A stretch of DNA of 64,000 nucleotides, taken from NCBI GenBank assembly GCA_046309355.1, contig JBKCPL010000027.1, positions 11,857-75,856 on the forward strand, read 5' to 3'. The translations under genes and the position numbers were made by a program. The DNA is from Bacteroidota bacterium (GTDB lineage Bacteria; Bacteroidota; Bacteroidia; UKL13-3). Shown piece by piece: positions 1-9,834 of this stretch; position 1 is the stretch's first letter; every line of letters starts with the position of its first letter. Below the pieces are notes generated by a model. It had not been told where the DNA came from, searched no databases, and saw only the letters and a program-made list of their open reading frames with translations.

Positions 1-630
1 ACGTGTACGTGGATTAGGTAAGCACGATGCGATGAGCGCACACTCGCGTTTACTTAATTTGCTGCAGGGTTTATTAAAATATTCACGTGCTGCTGCCTCC
101 ATACCGTATATGCCCTCACCTGTTTCAATGATGTTGAGATACACTTCCAATATTCGTTTTTTAGTCCATAATACTTCCAGCAAAACTGTTATGCCCATCT
201 CAGGAACTTTGCGTATCCAACTGCGCTGGGGCGTAAAAAATAAATTCTTGGCTGTTTGCTGCGTAATGGTACTTGCTCCTCGTAGCTTTCGTCCTTTCTC
301 CAAACTGTTCTCTATCGCTTTTTGCATCTGCTCGAAATCAAACCCATAATGCTCAAAAAAGCGTCCGTCCTCCGCAGCCAGTACTGCCTTACATATAGGT
401 TTACCCATATGCTCAATACTTGTCCAATCCTTTGTCAGCCTTAGCGGCTTCCCTTCTTCCGTTTGATCAAACAAACGGGCAATATGAAGCGGTGTAAGCG
501 GTACAGGCACCACACGATACATTACTATAAGCAAAATTGCCCATTGCAGTGCAATTAGAAGTGCCTGAAGTAAATAGTCTATCGCGTTTTTAAAAAACCT
601 TACTGCCTTATTACCGCTCTTTTTAGCCAT
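1..630 (-). CDS. mtgA: Monofunctional peptidoglycan transglycosylase (GT51), 3' end runs off the window
   Basis: Not in the ORF track. Translated by hand from ATG at 630 (MAKKSGNKAV...), open to position 1. GT51 motifs AAEDGRFFEHYGFD, RGASTITQQTAKNLFL, KRILEVYLN and GMEAAAREYF. Confidence 0.92.
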   Translation of the reverse strand, partial: MAKKSGNKAVRFFKNAIDYLLQALLIALQWAILLIVMYRVVPVPLTPLHIARLFDQTEEGKPLRLTKDWTSIEHMGKPICKAVLAAEDGRFFEHYGFDFEQMQKAIENSLEKGRKLRGASTITQQTAKNLFFTPQRSWIRKVPEMGITVLLEVLWTKKRILEVYLNIIETGEGIYGMEAAAREYFNKPCSKLSKRECALIASCLPNPRTR

Positions 631-668
631 GCTTCAATACTAGCTGAGATTGTGTTTATATGCTCAAT

Positions 669-2189
669 TTATTCTCTATCGTTTGTGAATAAACTTTTCA
701 TCGCACGAGGTATTTCTTCAATGATATCGGACGCAATAAGTGAACTACGTTGCTGTGCAGCCATATCGCCCGATAGTCCATGAATATACACACCAAGCCG
801 GGCAGCATCTAGCGAACTGTATCCCTGCGCCAGCAGTGAGCCGATTATTCCCGTTAACACATCTCCGCTTCCGGCTGTCGCCATAGCCGGATTGCCGGTA
901 GAATTGAAATATACTTGACCGTTGGGACAAGCCACCGATGTATAGGCACCTTTAAGTACCACTACCACCTGGTATTTTTTTGCAAAATACAGCTGCTTTT
1001 CAATCCGTTCTGCTGCATTTGAACTAACGCCTGCCAACCTGTCGAACTCCTTGGGATGAGGCGTAAGCACACAATTTGCAGGAAAATGAAAGCTAAAATG
1101 ATGCTCAGCGAGCAAACGTGCACACATATTCAATGCATCGGCATCCAGTACAATTGGTTTCTGAACATACCGTAACCAAAGTTCAAATGCATGAATGGTT
1201 TTTTCGTGCATTCCCATTCCGGGTCCCACTGCTACAGCATCAAAATCACGGGTGTCCGGCAAATGATGCAATTCATACATTTCCTCATCTGTAATCACCA
1301 TCGCTTCGGGAACGGCAGTTTGTAAAATAGTGTAGCCTGTTTTAGGAATATAAGCCGTTGCAAGTCCGCATCCGGTACGCAAAGCAGATTTTGCCATCAG
1401 GCACGCTGCACCCATTTTACCAAACGAACCACCTGCCAGCAACAAGTGACCGTAAGTGCCTTTGTGTGTAAATACAGAACGTGTACGGATAAGTTTTTTA
1501 ACATCATCGTGGGTTGTTAGAAAATAGGGAGTTTCGCAGTGTTCAGTAAAAGCGTGACTTAGCCCTATGTCAAGAACATGAATTTTTCCGCAATATTTTC
1601 CGGTTTCGGCCAGCATAAAACTAATTTTAGGCTGTTGAAAAGTGTATGTCTCATGAGCTGCGAACACAACCTGATCGTGCATGAAAGGCATACAATCGGC
1701 AAACATACCCGAAGGCATATCCACAGCTATCCGAAACCCTGCTGAGGCATTGAGGTAGTTAACCAATGAAGCAGAAATGCCGGTCAACGGTCTGGTAAGA
1801 CCGGTTCCGTACAATGCATCTACAATGAGGGTATTGGATGAAATATTCGGAAAGTCTGATTCCTGCTTAATAACTTGAACAGGCAGGTGCAGCAATTGCT
1901 TAATTCGAATCAGATTTTGTGTAAAATCCGGACTGCCTGACTCGGATAACACATACACCTTAACCGAATACGACTGAGCTGCCAGTAAACGTGCTATAGC
2001 TAGACCATCGCCTCCGTTATTTCCATTGCCGCAAAAAACCGCCACTGATTGAGAAGCAGGATGAAGCGAACAGAATTGGTGTGCAAATGCCGTAGCCGCC
2101 TGCTCCATCAAATCTAAAGATGTTATTGGCTTATGCTGAATGGTGTACTCATCCCACTTTTTAATATCCATCGATGTAAATAACTTCAT
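669..2189 (-). CDS. nnr: Bifunctional NAD(P)H-hydrate epimerase/dehydratase (YjeF/Nnr)
   Basis: GNGNNGGDG and VDALYGTG in the YjeF_N domain; HKGTYG, LDADAL, LTPHPKEF and ATAGSGDVLTG in the carbohydrate-kinase-like domain. Confidence 0.95.
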   Translation of the reverse strand: MKLFTSMDIKKWDEYTIQHKPITSLDLMEQAATAFAHQFCSLHPASQSVAVFCGNGNNGGDGLAIARLLAAQSYSVKVYVLSESGSPDFTQNLIRIKQLLHLPVQVIKQESDFPNISSNTLIVDALYGTGLTRPLTGISASLVNYLNASAGFRIAVDMPSGMFADCMPFMHDQVVFAAHETYTFQQPKISFMLAETGKYCGKIHVLDIGLSHAFTEHCETPYFLTTHDDVKKLIRTRSVFTHKGTYGHLLLAGGSFGKMGAACLMAKSALRTGCGLATAYIPKTGYTILQTAVPEAMVITDEEMYELHHLPDTRDFDAVAVGPGMGMHEKTIHAFELWLRYVQKPIVLDADALNMCARLLAEHHFSFHFPANCVLTPHPKEFDRLAGVSSNAAERIEKQLYFAKKYQVVVVLKGAYTSVACPNGQVYFNSTGNPAMATAGSGDVLTGIIGSLLAQGYSSLDAARLGVYIHGLSGDMAAQQRSSLIASDIIEEIPRAMKSLFTNDRE

Positions 2190-2229
2190 AATTAAACGGG
2201 TTATAATGAGTTCAGCGCAATCATTAGGC

Positions 2230-2237
2230 TATATTTG
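2230..2237 (+). promoter_or_regulatory. Bacteroidota sigma70 -7 element (TAnnTTTG) for smpB
   Basis: TATATTTG ending 8 nt before the smpB ATG. Confidence 0.6.
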
Positions 2238-2245
2238 CAGGGCTC

Positions 2246-2701
2246 ATGAGCAAAAATACGGTAAATATTACAAACAGAAAGGCATCGCACGATTATCATT
2301 TCATTCAGAAATATACGGCCGGTATTGTACTGTCAGGCAGTGAAATAAAGTCCATACGTGCGGGCAATGTTCACCTTACCGATGCATATTGCATCATTGC
2401 GGATGGCGAAATACTTGTAAAAGGGATGTTTATAGGGGCTTACAAAGAAGCTTCGCACTTTAATCACGAGCCTTTACGCGATAGAAAGTTGCTTTTAAAT
2501 AGGCAGGAGATTAGGAAAATAAAGAGCAAATCATCGGAAAAAGGGCTAACGCTCATTCCGATACGGCTATTTATGAGCGAAACAGGCTATGCCAAACTAG
2601 AAATTGCCGTAGCACAGGGCAAAAAAAGCTACGATAAACGGGAAGACATTAAAAAGCGTGATGTAGGTAGAGACTTGAAGAGGCAACTGGAGGAAAAGTA
2701 A
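2246..2701 (+). CDS. smpB: SsrA-binding protein SmpB
   Basis: NRKASHDY, AGIVLSGSEIKSIR, HEPLRDRKLLL and GKKSYDKR motifs; 151 aa. Confidence 0.98.
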   Translation: MSKNTVNITNRKASHDYHFIQKYTAGIVLSGSEIKSIRAGNVHLTDAYCIIADGEILVKGMFIGAYKEASHFNHEPLRDRKLLLNRQEIRKIKSKSSEKGLTLIPIRLFMSETGYAKLEIAVAQGKKSYDKREDIKKRDVGRDLKRQLEEK

Positions 2702-2836
2702 TGTCACGATTGAGTAAATAGCTTGCGGTTTAAAGAAATGAGTATAGTGTCCTACATAAATTTTTCGTTAACACTTACGAAAATTCAATTTTTGTTGTTT
2801 TTTCGCAACCCGGTAATAATTTAAACTTTAAATAAA

Positions 2837-3661
2837 ATGAACAAGGTTCAAACACAAAAACAAGAAGGCAAATTTCAAAGCATGTTTGCTTCATTCGCTA
2901 TTCCGGTATTGCTGGTAGTAGCTATTCTCATTTACCTATTTGTTTTAGGAAACCCCGATAACTTTGAAGGCGGTGATCCTAAAAATCACCCGGTGCCCGA
3001 TGGTGTTGCACACGTGCTTGGACTCATTTATAAAGGAGGAAGTATCGTACCAATTCTACTTTCATTGGTATTGATGAGTATTACATTCTCCATCGAACGT
3101 TTTTTAACCATCAATAAAGCTTCAGGCAAAGGCTCGGCCGAGGCCTTTCTCCGCAGAGTAAAATCACACCTTTCATCAAACAACCTGGATGCAGCTATTG
3201 CAGAATGCGATAAGCAACAAGGCTCTGTGGCCAATGTGGTAAAATCAACCCTGCACAAATACAAAGAAATGGAAAGCGCAACCGGCATTGATAAAGACCA
3301 AAAAGTTTTGGCCATACAAAAAGAACAGGAAGAATCTGTTCAACTTGAATTGCCTATGCTGGAGAAAAACCTGGTAATTATTGCCACCATGGCTTCGGTA
3401 TCAACTCTGGTAGCTCTATTAGGTACGGTAATTGGTATGATCAAGGCGTTCTCGGCTCTGGCAACTGCCGGTTCACCTGACTCTGTAGCTCTGGCAAACG
3501 GTATCTCGGAAGCACTTATTAATACTGCTTTGGGTATCGGTAACTCGGCTATCGCCATTATCATGTATAATGTGTTTACTACTAAGATTGATAAAATTAC
3601 CTACACCATTGATGAGGCCGGGTTTACCATTACCCAGCAATTTGCAGCTTCGCATAAATAA
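2837..3661 (+). CDS. exbB: MotA/TolQ/ExbB proton channel protein
   Basis: TLVALLGTVIGMIKAF and GISEALINTALG transmembrane motifs; precedes two ExbD genes and TonB. Confidence 0.92.
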   Translation: MNKVQTQKQEGKFQSMFASFAIPVLLVVAILIYLFVLGNPDNFEGGDPKNHPVPDGVAHVLGLIYKGGSIVPILLSLVLMSITFSIERFLTINKASGKGSAEAFLRRVKSHLSSNNLDAAIAECDKQQGSVANVVKSTLHKYKEMESATGIDKDQKVLAIQKEQEESVQLELPMLEKNLVIIATMASVSTLVALLGTVIGMIKAFSALATAGSPDSVALANGISEALINTALGIGNSAIAIIMYNVFTTKIDKITYTIDEAGFTITQQFAASHK

Positions 3662-3706
3662 GCGAAAAGCTATTTCATTGTGTGTTTGTAATATAAACTA
3701 AACAAA

Positions 3707-4312
3707 ATGCCTAAAGTAAAAGTACCTCGCAAAAGCACATCGGTAGATATGACTGCCATGACTGACGTTGCATTTCTTCTGCTTACGTTTTTCATGTTGG
3801 CAACCAAGTTTAAGCCCGATGAGCCTGTTGTGGTCGATACGCCTTCATCCATATCTGAAATTAAATTACCCGAAACCGATATCATGCTTATTACCATTGA
3901 TAAAGAAGGCAGGGTCTTTTTTGGAATAGATGGCCAAAATACCCGTGCTGAATTGCTTAACCGCATGACGGCCAAATACAAACTTCAACTCTCAGCCGAT
4001 GATGTGAAAGAGTTTTCACTGCTTTCGTCTTTTGGTGCACCTATTTCGCAACTCAAGCAATACGTGAGCCTAAAATCAGAACAGCGAGCCGACTTCGATA
4101 AGAAAACTACAGGAATACCCTGCGACTCGTTAAATAATGAACTAGCCGATTGGATATGGCAGGCCCGTTTAGCAAACAATAACTTAAGGGTGGCTATCAA
4201 GGGCGACCGTGAGACCAGCTACAAGGCATTTAAAAATGTAGTTAATACATTACAAGATAAAAAAGTAAACCGCTTTAACTTCATCACTTCGATGGAGCGT
4301 GCGGGAGAATAA
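3707..4312 (+). CDS. exbD: Biopolymer transporter ExbD/TolR family protein
   Basis: DMTAMTDVAFLLLTFFM TM motif with the conserved Asp; C-terminal IKGD. Confidence 0.92.
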   Translation: MPKVKVPRKSTSVDMTAMTDVAFLLLTFFMLATKFKPDEPVVVDTPSSISEIKLPETDIMLITIDKEGRVFFGIDGQNTRAELLNRMTAKYKLQLSADDVKEFSLLSSFGAPISQLKQYVSLKSEQRADFDKKTTGIPCDSLNNELADWIWQARLANNNLRVAIKGDRETSYKAFKNVVNTLQDKKVNRFNFITSMERAGE

Positions 4313-4347
4313 TTTAAAATTTTTCAACCCATTTAAATAGATATAAA

Positions 4348-4974
4348 ATGGCAGAAATAGAAGGTGGCGGAGGCGGTGGTAAACATAAAGGCAAAAAGAG
4401 AGGCAAGAAACTTTCTACCCGCGTAGACTTTACGCCTATGGTGGATTTAGGCTTTCTGCTTATCACCTTTTTCATGCTTACTACCAGTATGAATAAGCCT
4501 CAAACCATGGAAATAAACCTCCCCGTGAAGGAGGACTTACCACCCGAAGACCAAACGGTGGTTAAGGAATCACAAACCATTACTTTGCTACTGGGCAAAG
4601 ACGATAAAATTGTTTACTACTTCATGAAAGATGGTCAGCCTGGTGAAACAGTCATTGAAGATTTTGGTCCCAAAGGCATACGTCAGGTGCTGTTAAAAGA
4701 AAATAAATCGCGCAATCCTATTGCGGACTCTATTAAAATCTATAAACAACAACTCAATGCAGGGCAAATTACCGAAGATATATACCGAGCTCAGGTAGGT
4801 CGCATCAAAGCCTACAAAGATGCCTTGATTGTGATTATAAAAGCATCGGATGAATCGAAGTATAAAAACATGATTGATATACTGGACGAGATGCTCATAT
4901 GCAATATTGGTCGGTATGCAGTTGTTGATATCACCGACATTGAAATTGGCTTACTAAAAGAATCAAACCTTTAA
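4348..4974 (+). CDS. exbD: Second ExbD/TolR family protein
   Basis: DFTPMVDLGFLLITFFML motif; C-terminal SKYKNMIDILDEM. Confidence 0.92.
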   Translation: MAEIEGGGGGGKHKGKKRGKKLSTRVDFTPMVDLGFLLITFFMLTTSMNKPQTMEINLPVKEDLPPEDQTVVKESQTITLLLGKDDKIVYYFMKDGQPGETVIEDFGPKGIRQVLLKENKSRNPIADSIKIYKQQLNAGQITEDIYRAQVGRIKAYKDALIVIIKASDESKYKNMIDILDEMLICNIGRYAVVDITDIEIGLLKESNL

Positions 4975-4983
4975 TTCTGAATT

Positions 4984-5790
4984 ATGGCTTTAGGTAAAAC
5001 AAACATATTTGAAAAGAATTGGGTTGACATGGTTTTTACGGGCCGCAACCAAAATTATGGCGCATACGTATTGCGCAAGAAAGCGGATGAATACACCAAT
5101 AAAGGAATAGTTTACGCTATTGTATTTTTCACACTCGTTATCACCATGCCAATGGTTATCAACCTTATAAAAGGGTTGGTTCCTAAAGATATGGAGGACG
5201 TAAAAATTACCGAAGTAACAACGTTGGAAGAACCCCCTCCGATTGACAAAGATCAGCCACCTCCGCCACCGGCCGAGCCCCCGCCACCTCTTAAATCAAC
5301 AGTTAAGTTTACCCCCCCGGTAATTAAGCCTGATGAGGAAGTGCCCGATGAGCCGCCACCAACACAGGAAGAAATGAAGGACAAAGATGCCAGTACCAAA
5401 ACCGAAGAAGGCCAGGCTGATGGTGTGGATTTAAGTTTGCTCGAAGGAGACGGATTGACGGGTGAGGCTCCTGCAGAAATTATGACCTTTGCTGAGCAGA
5501 TGCCTGAATTCGATGGCGACCTAGGTTCATACCTGAGTAAAAACATCAATTATCCTCCCCTAGCCCGTGAAAGCGGACAGGAAGGTCGTGTTGTACTTCA
5601 ATTTGTAGTGGGTAAAGACGGCAAAATTGACCATAACAGCATTACTGTAGTTAAGCGAGTAGGCTGGGGACTGGAAGAAGAAGCTATACGTGTAGTGAAA
5701 ACAATGCCAGCCTGGAAAGTGGGTAAACAAAATGGTAACCCCGTTGCTGTTAGGTGTACCCTTCCTATATTGTTTAAACTTGAAAACTAA
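4984..5790 (+). CDS. tonB: Energy transducer TonB
   Basis: N-terminal TM helix, Pro-rich linker (PPPPPAEPPPP), TonB_C domain (YPPLARESGQEGRVVLQFVV...GKQNGNPV). Confidence 0.93.
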   Translation: MALGKTNIFEKNWVDMVFTGRNQNYGAYVLRKKADEYTNKGIVYAIVFFTLVITMPMVINLIKGLVPKDMEDVKITEVTTLEEPPPIDKDQPPPPPAEPPPPLKSTVKFTPPVIKPDEEVPDEPPPTQEEMKDKDASTKTEEGQADGVDLSLLEGDGLTGEAPAEIMTFAEQMPEFDGDLGSYLSKNINYPPLARESGQEGRVVLQFVVGKDGKIDHNSITVVKRVGWGLEEEAIRVVKTMPAWKVGKQNGNPVAVRCTLPILFKLEN

Positions 5791-5801
5791 GAACTCTTGA
5801 A

Positions 5802-6023
5802 TTGACAAACGAAAGCATTCGCGAACGCAACGATAAAAAAATAGCCACGGTGGTTAGGTACTTCAACATCATCATGGCTATTTTTTATTTAACGGCCGCA
5901 GCAGTATTACTGGCTTTGCCCAATGTTTTTACTATCGATACAACAACTCGGTATGGTGTCAGCATTATATTTGCAGTGTATGGTTTATACAGGTTTTACC
6001 GCATAGTAAACAAAAACAGATGA
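5802..6023 (+). CDS. Small two-TM membrane protein
   Basis: 73 aa, TTG start, two hydrophobic segments, ends YGLYRFYR. Its stop overlaps the next start (ATGA), indicating translational coupling. Confidence 0.7.
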   Translation: MTNESIRERNDKKIATVVRYFNIIMAIFYLTAAAVLLALPNVFTIDTTTRYGVSIIFAVYGLYRFYRIVNKNR

Positions 6024-6976
6024 AAAAATCCGTGTACTTCTCGTCAACTCTACTCCTTACTGTTGTCTTGCTAGCTTGTGCATGTGGCCAATCGGGCTCA
6101 AACAAGAAGAATGATGACACAGCCACCAGCGGCCATATATACATTGCTGCAGATGAATCCATTCGTCCGATAATCGAGGCACAGGAAGCCGTTTTCGAAT
6201 CAATCTATCCGAAAGCACATATTGATATAATTTATACAAACGAATTCAATGCCATCAAGCTGCTTGCCGATGACTCCGTTCGTTTGGCAATAGTTACACG
6301 AGATATGTATGCCGATGAACAGGCACCGATGGATGCAATAAAAATCAGACCACGTTACTCTCCCGTGGCATATGATGCCATAGCCATCATTTTAAATCAG
6401 GAAAACCACGATACAGTATTTACTATTGAACAGCTGGCCAACATCCTTAATGGAACGTATACGCATTGGAATCAATTAAATCCTGCATACAGCAGCAAAT
6501 CCATAAATGTAGTATTTGATAGCCCTAAGTCAGGCGCGGTTCGTATGCTTAGAGATTCATTACTCAAAGGCGGTGAATTAGGTAAACAATGTTTTGCTGT
6601 TCACTCAAACCGCGATGTGATAGACTATGTGGCTAACAACAAAGATGCATTGGGCATTATAGGTGTAGCGTGGATCAGCGACCGCGATGATTCAACAAGC
6701 AATTCATTTATCAAACGAATTCGTGTAGCTGAACTTGTACCGCATAATCCTGAAACTGCCGAGGCACCAACGATGAAGCCTTACCAAGCTTACATAGCGC
6801 TGAAACAATATCCGCTATGGCGCAAAGTGCAAATAATAAGCCGTGAAGCTCGTGTAGGTTTAGGCACAGGATTTGCAAGTTTTGTTGCCAGTGACCGGGG
6901 TCAGCGTATTGTACTAAAGTCAGGTTTGGTTCCCGCCCTTGCCCCGGTTCGTATTGTACAATTGAATTCTAACTAA
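6020..6976 (+). CDS. PstS-like substrate-binding lipoprotein (PBP2 fold)
   Basis: Lipobox LLAC, IAADES, AYDAIAII, YPLWRKV and GFASFVASDRGQRIVLKSGL, typical of the Bacteroidota PstS-like family. Confidence 0.8.
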   Translation: MKKSVYFSSTLLLTVVLLACACGQSGSNKKNDDTATSGHIYIAADESIRPIIEAQEAVFESIYPKAHIDIIYTNEFNAIKLLADDSVRLAIVTRDMYADEQAPMDAIKIRPRYSPVAYDAIAIILNQENHDTVFTIEQLANILNGTYTHWNQLNPAYSSKSINVVFDSPKSGAVRMLRDSLLKGGELGKQCFAVHSNRDVIDYVANNKDALGIIGVAWISDRDDSTSNSFIKRIRVAELVPHNPETAEAPTMKPYQAYIALKQYPLWRKVQIISREARVGLGTGFASFVASDRGQRIVLKSGLVPALAPVRIVQLNSN

Positions 6977-6992
6977 GAAATAACCTAACACC

Positions 6993-8600
6993 ATGAGATT
7001 TACATCCTTCCTTATTTCAGCTCTTTTTATCCTGCACGTTCAGGCCCAAAACATGACTGATGGTTTGCTAGCACTCGATTGCGAGAAGTACGAACAAGCC
7101 AGAAATATATTTACGCAAATAACCGAGAAAGAGCCCACCAACGGTTTAGCTTATTATTATCTGGGGCAGGCATATATCCAACTGCTTAAACCGGACATGG
7201 CCAAGGAGTCATTTCAAAAAGGTATAGCAGCTGAACCCAATAACCCGGCAAACTATGCAGGTGCTGGTCAAATGTTGCTGGAAGAGGGCAAAGTAGCAGA
7301 AGCAAAGCAGCAGTTTGAAAAAGCGCTAAGTTTCAGCCGCACAAAAGATGGTCGCTATAAAGATGTAAATGCCATTCGCTTTGTGGCCGATGCCATGATA
7401 GCTACTGAGAATAATAAATTAACTGACGATGCGGTTACACTTATAGAAGCAGGACTGGAAGTAGCTAAAAAAACTTACGACTTCTACATTACTGCAGGCG
7501 ATGTGTATATCGAGAAAAATGATGGAGGCAAATCGGCTACGAATTACGAAAAAGCTGCTGCCTTGGAAAAAAACAATCCTAAGGCGTTGGTAAGGGTGGC
7601 CTATATATGGCTCAAAGTTCGGAATGCTGAGGCTACGCTTAATGAATTAAAAAAAGTTGGAGAGTTGGATAGCAACTATGCTCCGGGCCTCAAAGCCTTT
7701 TCGGAATATTACTACCTTACCCGTCAGTTCGAAAAAGCGAAGGTAGCCTACACCCGATATCTTGAAAACTCAGAACGCAGTACGGCCAATCAATCGCGTT
7801 TCGTGCGTATACTGTTCCGTACGAAAGATTATAAAAGTACGCTCGCTCTAATCAATGAACTGCTTGCCTCCGATAAAAGCGATGTTTATTTGTACCGCAT
7901 GGGCGGTTATAGCTGTTATGAAATAGGTAATGAATTAAAAGACACCAATTATTACCGTCAGGGGCTGAACATGATGACTGAGTTCATGAAACGAATTGAA
8001 CAGAATAAGATACTCTCCAATGATTACGAATACCTGGGCAAGTTATACTCACGCCTACCCGGCAATGATAGTTTAGCAACATATTATATTGAAAAGGCAT
8101 TGGAAACTGATCCCAACAAAACAGATTTATACAAAGAAGCCGCTGTTATTTATCAAAAAATGAAAAAGTTTGAAAAAGCCATTGCGTGTATGGAAATCTA
8201 TATTGGAAATGCTAGTAAAGTAACGGCAGCCGACTACTACCTGCTGGGTATAAATGCATACTTCAACGCACGATATACAAAATCTGACTCTGCCTTCACC
8301 CGTGTGAGCGAAATTAGACCCGACTTTGCTGATGCCTATTATTGGAGGGGCAACTGCAATGCAGCTATGGATCCCGAATATAAAGATACACTGGCCAGAT
8401 TCAATTATGAGCGCTATACATCGTTAGCTGAATCTCAACCGGAGAAAAACAGAAAGAACCTGATAGTTTCTTACGAATTCCTGGGTTCCTATGCTATACA
8501 AAAAGATGATACTAAAACGGCTAAATTGTATTTCACTAAAATTGTGGCCTTAGATCCTCAAAACACACGCGCTAAAGATATTCTGAAGCAATTGAAGTAG
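6993..8600 (+). CDS. Secreted tetratricopeptide repeat protein
   Basis: Signal peptide (VQA-Q) followed by many TPR-like units (AYYYLGQAY, DAYYWRG, YEFLGSY). Confidence 0.85.
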   Translation: MRFTSFLISALFILHVQAQNMTDGLLALDCEKYEQARNIFTQITEKEPTNGLAYYYLGQAYIQLLKPDMAKESFQKGIAAEPNNPANYAGAGQMLLEEGKVAEAKQQFEKALSFSRTKDGRYKDVNAIRFVADAMIATENNKLTDDAVTLIEAGLEVAKKTYDFYITAGDVYIEKNDGGKSATNYEKAAALEKNNPKALVRVAYIWLKVRNAEATLNELKKVGELDSNYAPGLKAFSEYYYLTRQFEKAKVAYTRYLENSERSTANQSRFVRILFRTKDYKSTLALINELLASDKSDVYLYRMGGYSCYEIGNELKDTNYYRQGLNMMTEFMKRIEQNKILSNDYEYLGKLYSRLPGNDSLATYYIEKALETDPNKTDLYKEAAVIYQKMKKFEKAIACMEIYIGNASKVTAADYYLLGINAYFNARYTKSDSAFTRVSEIRPDFADAYYWRGNCNAAMDPEYKDTLARFNYERYTSLAESQPEKNRKNLIVSYEFLGSYAIQKDDTKTAKLYFTKIVALDPQNTRAKDILKQLK

Positions 8601-8609
8601 CAGCGGAGA

Positions 8610-8942
8610 TTACTTCATCAACTTATGTATCTCCTGCTCGAGAGCTATCGTTAGTACTTCCAGTTCAGCAATATGCTCGCTAATGGAATTTTTCTCTTCA
8701 TTCAACTTAGCTTCATGTTCGATGGAGGTAATTAATTCGGTAGCGCGGGTATTTCCAAGCATAGAAACGGCCGATTTACACCGATGAGCTGCTGATGCCA
8801 GCTGTGTTTTATCACCGCTTGCCGCCAGAGATTTCAGCGCACGTATGTCAGGCATAGTCTGGTTAATAAACATACCCAGTATGTCATTTATAAAAACTGT
8901 GTCGCCTCCTGAAACCTGCTTTAAATAGGTTAAATCAATCAT
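8610..8942 (-). CDS. Stand-alone Hpt (histidine phosphotransfer) domain protein
   Basis: IDLTYL...GGD N-terminus and AHRCKSAVSMLG phospho-His motif; 110 aa. Confidence 0.85.
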   Translation of the reverse strand: MIDLTYLKQVSGGDTVFINDILGMFINQTMPDIRALKSLAASGDKTQLASAAHRCKSAVSMLGNTRATELITSIEHEAKLNEEKNSISEHIAELEVLTIALEQEIHKLMK

Positions 8943-9032
8943 ATATTAGGGTTTGTTCGTAAGCGCATGATAGAATAACGCACACGTAAAGTCAAATGAG
9001 TAATCCACAGACTATGTTAACACTATATTTAC

Positions 9033-9040
9033 TAACTTTG
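9033..9040 (+). promoter_or_regulatory. -7 promoter element for the C40 peptidase gene
   Basis: TAACTTTG ending 7 nt before the ATG at 9048. Confidence 0.55.
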
Positions 9041-9047
9041 TTGCATA

Positions 9048-9788
9048 ATGAATAGCGGAATATGCACACTAGCTGCAGTACCTGTGCGCAGCGAACCATC
9101 ATCAAAAGCGGAAATGACCAACATGATTTTGTTTGGTGAAACATTTCAGTTGAACGAAATCCAAGGCGAATGGATACACATAACCGGTGATTACGATCAG
9201 TACTCAGGTTGGTTGAATGAGAAATATATCACCCCCCTTTTAAACAAGCCTGTTACTTCTACCCCACTCCGACAATTTCCTGTAGCTGTTTGCGTAGCGG
9301 TTGATCAACCACCATTACTGCTGCTTCCGGGCTCATCACTGCCCGACCTGGTTACGAACAGTTTTTATATAAATGAAAAAAAATATTCCATTGCCTTGCA
9401 GAATAATGAGGTAAGTGATGCCGTTACCTTTGCAAGACTGTTTATCAATGCGCCATACCTGTGGGGAGGTCGATCTTTATTTGGAATGGATTGCTCAGGA
9501 CTAACTCAGGTAGTATACAAGTTATGCGGTACCAAAATACCCCGTGATGCCTCGCAGCAGGCAATGACTGGAGAAGATGTTTCATTCCGAAGTGCTGTAT
9601 TGCCCGGTGACTTGGCATTTTTTGACAACGAGGAAGGGCTTATTACACATGTAGGCATTATGGTCGATACCGATACGATAATACATGCTTCGGGCAGAGT
9701 GCGTGTTGACAAATTGGATGATTATGGCATATGGAATGCCGATTTACAACAGCACACACATAAGCTCAGAATAATTAAGCGCATGTAA
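9048..9788 (+). CDS. SH3b + NlpC/P60 (C40) peptidoglycan peptidase
   Basis: N-terminal SH3b (VPVRSEPS...LFGE); PYLWGG, DCSG, HVGI and IHAS catalytic motifs. Confidence 0.93.
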   Translation: MNSGICTLAAVPVRSEPSSKAEMTNMILFGETFQLNEIQGEWIHITGDYDQYSGWLNEKYITPLLNKPVTSTPLRQFPVAVCVAVDQPPLLLLPGSSLPDLVTNSFYINEKKYSIALQNNEVSDAVTFARLFINAPYLWGGRSLFGMDCSGLTQVVYKLCGTKIPRDASQQAMTGEDVSFRSAVLPGDLAFFDNEEGLITHVGIMVDTDTIIHASGRVRVDKLDDYGIWNADLQQHTHKLRIIKRM

Positions 9789-9834
9789 AACCCCAGTGCG
9801 GCTATTTTGTTATAATTAAATAAATCATATCAAC

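Noticed and set aside
32-349. 105-aa plus-strand ORF in the track
   Set aside because: Antisense shadow of mtgA, which has clear GT51 motifs on the minus strand.
5233-5362. CCN-rich low-complexity repeats
   Set aside because: They encode the ordinary Pro-rich TonB linker.
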